64,000 nt of DNA from Raillietiella orientalis (lineage: Eukaryota): the NCBI GenBank assembly GCA_036172245.1, contig JAYWIR010000005.1, positions 682,001 through 746,000 on the forward strand. The letters are read 5' to 3'. Below the pieces are notes generated by a model. That model had not been told where the DNA came from. It searched no databases and saw only the letters and a program-made list of their open reading frames with translations. Positions 24,783 through 35,889 of the stretch are shown here, piece after piece (the stretch's first letter is position 1; the number at the start of each line of letters is the position of its first letter). The translations under genes and the position numbers were made by a program.

Positions 24783-27700
24783 ATGCTTGGCTTACAGTTG
24801 GGGATGTTAATATTCTTATCGGTGTTATTGCCATGCCTTTTTTTACTTTGGTGTTTAGCTGTTCTGGTTGGAGATGATGATGATGATGGTATGCAAATTT
24901 TTTTTTTCTTTTTTTCTTCCTTCATGTGGGATATTTCTACTTAATGAAGGAACATCCTGTAAATTTTTAATGCAGCTAAGATGCATATGGTTAAAGTGAA
25001 ATGCATTTATTCATAAAATAAACAGCTCATTTAATATGTCGTGTTTTTGAAGAATGCAAAATATTTGAACATCCCTTTAGAAATTTTTTCATGGTATCGT
25101 GAACTATCGATTCGGCCTACTGTTGTGATATCCACAGTTCTTAGTCATTCGAATGGCCCAGAACTTATTGATCAACAGAGATTTCTTTGTGGTAAATCAT
25201 TCAGTTAAAACGGAATTTACACCAGCATATGTTGAAAATATGTGGTCTTGTTTCTAGGGCTGTATCAGTGACCAGATTTCTCATTGTTGTGGTTTTAGTT
25301 CACAGTTGTCAGTTCCCAAACAGATGGATGATCTCTGGATTGCTCCCAGTGGTTATTATCCTGAGGGCCCTAAAAAATAAAAGTCTCAGTTGGTCTGGTG
25401 CTGTTGCAGGTACTGATTAAAACGATTCCATTTGAGTAAATATGCTTTCAGCTTATTTCATTGGGTTTTTTATGACTCTAAGCAATTATGCGTTTTTATG
25501 TTGTATGCTATGCTTCTTTCTTACATCCTCTAAGATGACCAGGTTTCGTTCTGCATCAAAGACAAATTTGGATCCCAATCACAAAGAAGGTAATTTTCAA
25601 TTCATTGTCTTTTGTACAATAATTAAAGAGTACAGTGCTTGCTGTTTTCAATGAGCATATTATGAATGAATGTGTAGTAACTTTGCTTCACTGTAAATAG
25701 TAGCTTCATTTGAATCAAACATACTTGACATTCACATCTAAAAAAATACCTATCAGACCATTCAAAGAAAGATTCTAACTGCACTGATAATTTGCCCTCT
25801 TTCTATCCACTTGAAAACATTAATAAATCATCAATTAACATGAGAGTCAAGTCATCACTTCCATTCATGTTTGTTGCTTCATATCCCATCCAGGGAACAC
25901 ATAATGTATAACCTCGGAGATCAGCTTGTAATTTGACTTCTTGTTCACATATTTTCCAGCTTGACCACATGATGTGGTTTAAGCATTTTTTGACCTGGCA
26001 TTTGGCCAGGTTTTTGGGTGCCAAAATTCAGCATTTTGGTAGGCAGGTATTGATGTGGTGTTAATGTGAATTTCTAAGAAATACGCTTAAATAAAGAGCT
26101 TTCGTTCTGTCCATTAGTATGTATTATAGTAGCATGAATACGTTGAAAGACAAACTGAAAGAACATGACTATTGATGAGAGTAAAAACAGAAACATAAAA
26201 ATATGATCAAGTAAGCATTGTGATGTGCTTTGATTTAATAATTAAAACAAAGTAAGTTCTTCTCTTACTCCTCCTCCTCCTTTTATGTTTTTGCTTTATC
26301 TTGTTTAGAATGCATGGCATCTTTTTCATTTAATTAAATACTATCAAAGAAAAATGAACAAATCCAGCATAAACAACAGTAAATAAAAACATATGTAATG
26401 CAGTAACTTTGAATTTGGACTGAATTTACGAGCTTTAACCCTTTGTGAAGATGGTAGTACTTTCCTTGATTGCTTTCTTTAAGTTCTCATGTTCGTGCAA
26501 TGTATTCCATCATTTGTAGGTTGCTGTTTCCTCATATTGTCATCAATCATTAAGAAAATATGTGAAACTTTAATTTTTTTCTTTGAAAAAAATAAAAAAA
26601 AAAGAACGAAAAAGTTGCTTTCCATCTCACTGGGCCCATGCCATTCCGAATCGAAATCACCATCCCAGAATATTCATCTGATCACTGAAGGTTCCATTTT
26701 GTCACCATGTTGATTGAGGTGATGCCTGGTAGCAGACAGTGATGAATGTAATTTCTGTGCAAAGGGTCGATTAGCACAATGTTTATTTTATTTTATTTTT
26801 TTCTTTTTGAACGCCAGATAACTATCTGGCGTTAAAATTTAAGATGTGGTATGAAAAAAGTCTTTGCATTCAGGTGGACAGCGAAACTGGATCCAAGTGA
26901 TTTGTAACGGTGCTATTCCAACCATCTTGTCAATCTTCTATCTTGTGGACTGTGGTTGCGCAGAAAGACCAGTTGATTTCGATAAGAATTTCAAGTGCTC
27001 TTGGTTGAGTCTCTCCATCCTCGGTAAGATCTCACCCTGCAATCCTGTTTTTCATAGCAAACTCTTTCGTGCTGCAGGAGCAATCTGTTGTGCATGTGGA
27101 GACACGTGGGCGTCAGAGCTGGGTTCCGTGATCAAGACTACCTCAACTCGTTTGATCACAAATTTTAAACAAGTGCCCAGAGGTAAATGAAATGTTTTCA
27201 GGATAAATAATATTCACGAATTTATAAACATTTTGTGAGCCTACCTGTGTGTGTCTTTCCCCCACGACCACTCGAAACCATTTTGCAGCCCAGATTTTCA
27301 GAATATCTTGAAAGCCTCGATGAATTTTGCGCCACGGAAACCATTTGTAGGGACTGTAGTTTTTAGTGGAGATTTTATGTAGGGATTGTGGCTTCCTTGT
27401 GTTACCCCTTCCCGATTTCTTGCTCCTGATCGGGTGCCCTTCCAGGTTTACCGCTTCCTCGTGACCTTTATTTCGCGTCTCCCATGGTCTTGAGTTTTCG
27501 ACATAACGTTCGTTCGTTCGTAATCGGAAAGGTTCACCCGCGTCAATTCCGCATTGTGGGGTCGAATTGCCCGAGGCTGGAGTGGCCTGTTTCGTTTGGC
27601 ATTCTGTTGCCCCGCGCGGCGTGTGGGTGCCACCTGTCACGAACTTGGTCGCCCGGTCATCGGGAGAGTGCGTTGACAGGCGGCGCCGTGGCGCGTCCGG

Positions 27701-28458
27701 GAATTCGCGTTCTCCCTCCGAACGGCGCGGTATCTCGCGCCCGGGTCACGCGGCCTGGGTCGCCCGTCACCGCGATGAGGGAAGACTTAAGCCCCGGTTC
27801 ACGCCCCCAGCAGGAGCACACCGATCGAGCGCCATCGTGTGTGCTCGTGCTCTTCCGTGAAGGCCTTGACGCTTCCTGGAAAGTCTGATCTCGACGTGGT
27901 TTCTCGTTTTGTTTTTGAGATTGCACGATTTCGTTTGGGAAAATAAGACTGCGGATCTGATATCTTAAAAAAAAAAAAATAAAAAATAAATAAACTGCAT
28001 TTCAATTTAGGCCCTAAATGATTTGATTTTAGGTACTAATGGGGGCATCACTTTAGGCGGCATTATTTTTAGTTTTCTTGGAGGTGCATCCGTAGCTTAC
28101 GTGTACTGCTTTGCCATCAGCTACTTTGGAAGATACGTGGTTCGCAACAGCATTCGCCAGCTACCACTGATTTCGTATGGAGCACTCTGCGGAGGGCTTG
28201 GAAGCATGATCGATTCCTTTCTCGGGGCAACGATCCAGTACTCAGGTTCACTCACACATCTGAAATGCACCGCATGCCCCCGCTTCTTTGTTTTCAGGTC
28301 TGTTGAAGAACAGGATCGTAGAGAAGGGAGGCCCTGGCGTCAAACACATCTGCGGCTATCAGATCTGCGACAACAACACGATAAACTTCATCTCGTCCCT
28401 GATTGTCGCCTTGACCATGCCGGTCATCGCCTCGTATATTTGGAAAATCAATGCGTAA
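24783..28458 (+). CDS. TMEM19: Transmembrane protein 19 (DUF92 family), about 327 aa
   Basis: Exons 24783-24888, 25299-25409, 25452-25589, 26874-27023, 27078-27182, 28033-28245 and 28298-28458 (984 nt, all GT-AG). Motifs KNKSLSWSGA, KEGGQRNWIQVICNG, GDTWASELG, VPRGTNGGIT, GSMIDSFLGATIQYSG and DNNTINFISS. The start could instead be the in-frame ATG at 24750. Confidence 0.93.
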
Positions 28459-29058
28459 AGAAAGCTTGGCCCGTGCGTTTGGTGGTGGTGGGGGCTCCCT
28501 AGTTCCTCAAGCGCGCTCCCTTCGTCGAGGGAGCACCCCAGAACCCCGCCCCCGACATGCGAGAATTTGCTTCCTTCACCCCCGTTCCCCGTGGGAGTCA
28601 CGCAGCAAGCACCGGAGCGCGCTGTTTCAGGGACACCGGACTCTTTTCAAAATTGTGGATCCATGTTTCGAAGTGTAGCGCCCGCACGTTATTTGAGAAG
28701 ATAACACAGCCCCCAGTCTGCAGCATGTGGACGTTTTATTATGATTACTATGATTTTGTTGTTATGGTCGTCGTCGTGCGTGGATCCGCAGATCCTATTT
28801 GTTGGCGGTTCCCCATGAGAGATCTTGTTCATTAAGAATCATTGCCGTGATTACAAAATTTCCTCCAGGAGCTGCTTGAGTTCTTTGTTTGGCTTTTCCG
28901 AGGGGAACCTTTTGACGTGGGTGTTTTAGGAACCGACTCTTGGCGACGGCGACGTGACATGCAACGCAGCCGTGCGTCGTGGCAAAGCGTTGTTGCTTCT
29001 GCTTGCACGCGTTTCTTTCAGTCCCTACCTGCCGCCGTCCACCACCAAGGACTTTTAC

Positions 29059-29829
29059 TAGGTGGTTGGACCACGAGTCAGCTCACGGACGCTGCGACCC
29101 AAAGTTCCCCTCCGAAGGGATTATTGCGCTGGGGCGAGCTGCTGGGAATCGCGCAGGAAGACCTCGGGTAGCCCCCAGCGCTGAAGGACAACCGGGCCCT
29201 CCTCCCCTGAAGTGGCAGGAATCAACACTTCCGCTGTTGCACCGGGGCCTCCTCAGCAACGCCCGCCGGTCCCACTGGACGAGGAGAGCTGTGGACGCCA
29301 ACTGTTGCAGGTGCGGGGAACGGGAATCCCAGCTCCTGCACCTGACTGTGTTGCCCTCCGCCCCCTGCGGTTGCTCTACGCAACAGCCCTTGGTGCACCG
29401 ACGGGCAATCCCAGGGACGTGTTGAAGCGCCTCTTCGTGCGCGATGCCCTTTCGCCTGCCGTATCCCCCTTGGCTGCCTACGTGCGATGGTGGCAGCCTG
29501 TAGGTACGCGAGGGGAAGACAGGGACGCCGTCATCATCCCTTCGCTTCCTGAGGACGGCAGCCAAATGGCCCCACCTGGGACGATGGGACTTGCCAGCAT
29601 CCTAAAAAGGATGCGATCCCTCCCCCAACCGTCCCATTTTTTTCGTAAATAGTGTTTTTATTTTTATTTTCGTTTGTCCCTCTACCGCTCCGCTGCCAAG
29701 GGGAACCTTTCCGGCCTGCGTGCCGGTGACTCGGCAAGTTCCGAACTCTTTCGGGACGTTGTAGGGCCGACGGCCCTACACATGTTTGTTTATTGTTAAA
29801 ATAAACGCCCCGGCTCACCCGGGTGTTAA
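29059..29829 (+). mobile_element. Right arm of long inverted repeat; decayed Tx1/L1-like 3' end
   Basis: Inverted copy of 19607-20377; ends AATAAA-cgccccggctcacccgggtg-TTAA. Confidence 0.85.
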
Positions 29830-32800
29830 GCCACGGACCGGTACCGTCCCGAACGTCCCCTCTCGTGGTACGATTTCATCCTGGAACACGACCAGTGTGT
29901 TTCTCTTGATCAACGGCGGTGGCAAATCTGCGAGGCACATCGGCGCCGAAGACTCCGAAGACCGAACAAATCGTGCGAGGCTCCGATTGGTGGTGAAGTG
30001 CAACACGGCGCATTCTGTCTGAGGTGACAGAATTCTGTCTAAGTAAATATGTGCTTTCACAGCAATGTTGCCTTTTACCCACTGGTTCTTTTTTTTTAAA
30101 AAAAAAAAAACAAAAAAAAAAGGTCAAGTAATGTTATGTAAACGAGGTAAGAAAAATCACAGGGATGCAGTTTATGACAGAGAGGCAATTTCAGATGACG
30201 CGAGGCGTGAAGGGAACACCCGCAGCTTTCGTTACCGTACTTTCGACAGCAATGCACAGCAGAGGCACGCTGATTATGCCAAAAACACGCAGAAGACGCG
30301 TGCATGTGTGTTGTGCGTAACCCTCGAAGGTAACGGTCACTCGTTAACTCGGTGTTGTTTTCAGGTCGTATCGACCTTCGTATGGTAAGAACAGTGCAAG
30401 ACATGCAGCCAAGGAATTGACTCAAGATGGGCTCGGTTGCATTGGCATGCAGGAAGCCTTCACACGGGAAATTTTCGAGATGTTCGTTTTTGCATGCCAT
30501 GGAGGATCTGCATCGTTTCGTCTCGTGTCGTTCCTCTTATCTGGTTGAGAATACACGAATGCGGTGAACCCACAGGTCACACCTCAATTCTCAAATCGCC
30601 GACACTAGGAGAGGGGAGGTTTGGGTGTGCTTATGCATCCCAGGTGAATGGACCAGAGTTCGCATCCCAGACCAAGGACGTTGCATCGTGGTGTCGAAGT
30701 GCGATGGGGGAATGTAACTGTCAGGTTACGCCACTTCACGGTTCTTGGAAAACGAAAAGGCACACACAGCAAGGAGAAAAAAACAAAAGAAATGGAAACA
30801 CTCGAGCATTCAAATGTAAATATCTGATTTTCTAAAAAAATAAATAAATATATAACCGGAAAGACAGAGACGTCGACGAAATAATTCGTTCCGCGTCTCT
30901 GCGTAATCACACATTCCGCATCCTTTAGAAACGCCCTTCTTGCTGTAAAGGGGTGCTGTAAGGAGATCCCACCGTGATCCTTGACCTCCTCCCAACTTTA
31001 TTTAAGGGGATCGAATCCCCGGATCAAGCTAGCGGAAGATGAGACTCCTGATTCTGTGACTCGGAGGTCAGAGAGCCGCACTTTTCGAGCGCACATCCCC
31101 GCATGCCCAACGTGGGGGTGCAGAACCACCGGATGTACTTGAGGATGCTCCTTGCTCGCAGCATGGTACTGCATAGCTCTCTCTCTCTTTGATGCTGGAG
31201 CGTTACTTTGGTATGTGAATCCTCCTCCGGTGGAATCCCATCGCCTGCGGAAGCGACCCTTTTCCGTTCGATCCCTCTAGTCGCACACGGACACAGCGAG
31301 GAGCGAGCGCGCGGCGGGAACACGAAGCAGATGATAACAGAAGCTTCTTGAAGGCGCACGCGCGCAAAACACGGGCGAAGGTGTGATCCAGAAATGCGGA
31401 CCTCCTGTGTGCAGATCCAGCATCGCGCCAACGAACGACTTTCCCGCTGCAGTTCCACGGAAGATTTTCCTCGCATCGAAAGGCAGTGCCGCGGCTCGTG
31501 CCTTCCACCCAATCACGTACCTTCGCTGCACTTTCGGCACCAACTGGGTTTCTGCCCCCCTCCCCCCCCCGGTGACTCCCCGGCGCATCGATTAAAAGCG
31601 GATTCGCCCAGAGTTGGGTTGCCGATGACCAACGCGGGAGTCTCGCCACCACAGCACCCGAGTCGAGATCAGCCGGAGCTGTCCCGGAAACCTCATGTTG
31701 CCTGGTTGCGGCGGGTTCGCCAGCTGGGGTCCAGTCGAACGAAGCGTTTCAAGCACCGAATCCGAAACCGCACAGCGATCGATCCTTTAGGCGCTGGAGC
31801 AAAAGGAGTACGAGAGACGCCCTCGCCCACCCAACAGCCTCGATCTACCGCGAGAAGACACGTGAAAGGCTAAGACGAAGAGCAAGGAGCGACCGGGAAA
31901 GTGGGGGCTCCCTGCTTGGAGGACTTGAACTCTTTTCCCTCTCATGGGTCCCGGATGGGGGAAACTCGAACCTTTCGGAGGAGCGGGTTTATTCTAATAA
32001 ACCCTGCCGAAATGCACGTGTCGTCCCTTTCGGACGCCGAAGAGCTTTCAGGATGAACCAGAGCAGATATGCGAACATCTATGTCGCAACATCCGGGATC
32101 TTGGCATACAGCCATGAATTTAGTGCCTACCAAACTCTTTGAGCCGAAATCCTCCAACGAGACTGAGTGCGGATCGACACGCCGTCAACACCCTCGACGA
32201 TGTTGTTAAACGACAGAAGTTCCCGCGAGTTCCGAAAAGACGGGTGCAATTAGCGTGGAACTCTGAAGCGAAACTTCATCTCGAGAGGGAAACAAAGGCG
32301 GGGATGATCGGCATGTGTCAAGTGGACGAAAGTTTCTACGCCTACAACTTACAACAGGAGACGCAAAGATTGATTTCCAAGATTTCGAACGGCGCCACCT
32401 CGTACTTCGGAACGGAAGCTCCCGTCACAAGACATCACGGAGACCAACCGAAAGGTCGGATGATTCCTTTATTTGTGGGTGGTCAGGCCGATGCCGTGTC
32501 TGCGCATTCAAACTGTCTCCCAATCCTCAACTACCAAGGAACGCACACAAAGAGGAAGCCGGGCAGGGAGCAGGCGTCAGCAGGTCCACTTCAAAACTGA
32601 TCAGAGAGCATACTCCAAATCAGTTGCTCCAGCACGAGGAAAAAACTCAGCAGGAGAACCATCTGACGGCAATTTTCCGAAGAAGGAAAGAAAAAGTCCG
32701 CGAGCACCAAAGGCGCGTAGTGTAAACCGGAAGCGTGCCAGTGACCTCGTGCTACGGGGAAAGCCTTCATAGGGTGGAAAGGAGGCGGCCATTGACATTT

Positions 32801-34049
32801 TCACGCCTTGGCTACAATCACGACGTCGCAGCACATGACCAGCAGCAACACCTTACACGAACCACAGCAAGCATCTTGATGGTTCGGGCTGTCTTGAAGG
32901 CTCCTAAGAGCCTTGGAAGAACGAAAACAAGGACCCCACGAATGCATGAGGAACAAGAGTTCGCATGGCTCAGACGCCGAGAGGACGAAGTGTTGAAGGC
33001 ATTAAGACGTAAAGCATAGAAAAGTGAATCGATGCCTTGGACTCTTAGCATGGGATCGAGAAGCTGCGCGCGAGCAGCAAACGTGTGCACCCACCAGTTT
33101 GCCTCGGCGCTGGCAGAAAATCAAACCCAAGGACAGATCAAAGAGTCCCGAGCATCTGAATGAGCTCCTTAAAATCCTCAGAAACTTTTGCTGTCGTAGG
33201 ATTGCCGTTCCACCTCGTCTTCCTCAATGATGGCGGCTGCACCTGTGCTCGTGCACGTGTCAGCAAGAGGAATTGCTACAGTAAACAGTCTTGTAGGTTT
33301 TATCTTCAGGCTGTTTACTGTTCAACCACTCACGTGTCCTTTTTTCCCCTGTATTCGATGGACTGACCATAACCCATAACCATCTCCGTCCAACCCGGGG
33401 GGACGTGCCCGTCACCACGCGATTCTCCCAGCAACAGACACCTGCCGCACAGCGGCACATTTCGTTCGCAGGCCTCTGGTGCGTTGATTGCATTTCCAGC
33501 GACTGCCGGAGAGGGAGCGCGCGGGGTCCCACGTCAGGGCATGCAAACGACGGTCTTCCATTTCGAGAAATGTTCCCCTTTCACATGTGCGTCTCAGCAG
33601 CGGCTCGAGACAGCACTGCGCCGAAGAGATGTCTCCACTGGGATGCGTTCGCCGCGTGGCTGCTGAACCGAAGGTCCCCCCCCCCCCTTCCCCCGTTGGA
33701 GCAGGCGCGCACGCACGTCCCCGAAAAAACCGTCGTGCCACTAAGTGGGAGTATCTTCTGCCCACGGGTTCCGCCTCCCTGCCGTCGCGAAGAAAGGATG
33801 GCAACAGGGTCGACAGATCCTTTTGGCAGGGGGAGGGGAGGAAAATGGAAGTTCCTCCCCGGACTAGCTGAACTGGAAGGCGAGATTACCCCAACACCTC
33901 AAAAGCCTCGTTTCGATGGACCGGGAAGGTTTGTTTCTTTTTTCCCCCTACATCAGTCCAGAAGATTCTTCGGCTCCTTTACATGCATCCGTTCCTTTAG
34001 GGAGTCCCAAATGGTAGGGATCAGAGAAGACCGAGATCTTCCATCAAAC

Positions 34050-34868
34050 ATGCGGGAAGTGACGAACGCTGCGATCCCAAGTGTCCCACTCCAAAGGTCC
34101 TTCTACTCTGGGGAGAGCTGCTTGACGTCCCTCCGGAGGAGGGGAAGCGGCCCTCAGTGTGCTGGAACAGTGGCGCCCTCCCCCTCAAGTGACGGGAGTT
34201 GGCATTGCAGGTGGTGCATGGGGGAATCCCATGCAAAGCGCGCCTTCGACGCTGGACACGGGGGGAGGGAGCGTGGACGCTCAGGGTGGGGCAGGTGCGG
34301 GAAGAAGGAGACCCTCCCGCGCCTGCTGTTGGACTGTGTTGACCGACCCCTTTGGGATTGCCTCGAGACGACCTAGGATCCCCGGTGGGCAACCCCAGGG
34401 ACATTTTCAAACGCCTCTTCGTGAGCGGTGCTGCACTGCCGCCATCTGCGTGCGTCCTTCGCAGTCTTCTGCCGTCCTCGCGGAATCATGGCGTCCTGGA
34501 GCGCCAGACGAAGAGGCCGAAATGGCAGGGATGCCATCCACCGGGCACGGAGCTTCCTGAAGACCGCCTCGAGGTGGCCCCACCTGGGCGAGACACGCAA
34601 GGAACTTGCCAGCATCCAGAAAACAGGATGCAGGGGACGCCGGACAGCGTACCGTGATCCCTTCCTCGCTCCCCCCCCCCTTACCCTGTTTTGTGGATGT
34701 TTTTTTTTTTGGGGGGGGGGAGATGGTGGTGTTTTCCCTTCTCCCCCCTCCCACAGGCTGCCGAAGCGGACTTCGCCTTGGGCAGGTTCATCACGCGTGG
34801 TAGCACCTACGGTCCTACGACACTGTTTTTATTAGGTCATGTAAAAAACGTCCCGGCATAACCGGGTG
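34050..34868 (+). mobile_element. Third, diverged copy of the same Tx1/L1-like 3' end family
   Basis: RCGKKETLPRLLLDC zinc-knuckle remnant; GNPRDIFKRLFV versus GNPRDVLKRLFV in the arms; shared ggccccacctggg and acttgccagcatcc; similar terminus cgtcccggcataaccgggtg. Left boundary approximate. Confidence 0.75.
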
Positions 34869-35734
34869 ATGATCACACATGCGAGAGGGGGAAAAAAAAC
34901 TCCCAGTTCTTTGTACTGCGGACTTCCCGCCCTCTTGGCTTGAGAGGAGGCGAATGAGGGCTTCGAAGAGAGCGAGCTCTTTTTTCCCTCCCCGAGACCT
35001 CAAGGAGCACGAAGACTAGAAGAACCGCACCGGAAGGTTCTCGGTACCGCGCCTGACTCGACCAGCACGACGACGAGGCATCAGCGTTGGTGTTGGGAAC
35101 CAAGCTGTCAGCAGCGCCTCGACGAACGCCTGCGGCTCTTCCTGTTCCCGAACCTAATGGGGAGCGAAACGGGGAGGTGGAACCAACCGATGGAACCGGT
35201 GGAACCGCCGTCGCGTGTGAAACACGCGACGGCGGCGCGGGCGTCAGGACTCCATGGCCAAGTCCTCGCAAGCCGCAAGATCCGACTCTGCTCGTGGCAC
35301 GCACGCAAGAGGGAGGGGCTGGAAAGAGTTGGCCTCTCGGGCCAGCCCTGCCTTCGCAGGTCCAACCACGCAGTTCGTTCTTCTTGTTTACCAACCCGGA
35401 AAAGAACGGCGGGCGAATTCCTCAAAGCGTTCGCTCACATTCCATGGAAGAAGCAAACGCGCGGAGGTACTTTACGGGTCGACCCGTCCAACGACCTCAG
35501 GCCCACAATCGAAAGGTCGAACCACAGTCTTCTCAACCCGCTGGAAACAACATGGCGCCCTCGACGTTAATTGCAGACACGACGGGCTCGTCCAAGCACA
35601 GATGCACGCAACCTGTGTTTACGAGAGAGCAAGGAAAACACCAACGGCGCGAACCGTTCGGATCTTCCAAGTGGGCCGTTCCGCTCGGTGTGCAAAAAAA
35701 AGAAAAATGACGAAGATGCTGGACAAAATCCATG

Positions 35735-35740
35735 TTTATT
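35735..35740 (-). terminator. Candidate NMT polyadenylation signal
   Basis: AATAAA on the minus strand 150 nt after the NMT stop codon. Confidence 0.5.
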
Positions 35741-35889
35741 AAAAGTAACTAGGAACTGCACGAAAGCAACAGGTTCATTTTTTTTTTTTTCCTTCACATG
35801 CTCCGACAGTATGGCCCCGCACACGCATGCTCGTTTAGAAAAAGCCAGTCTTTGCTCCAGAGGTGACGCATGGAAGAGAATCTGCAGCC

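Noticed and set aside
32139..33230. Protein-like ORF fragments suggesting a decayed TE
   Set aside because: No family motif could be assigned.
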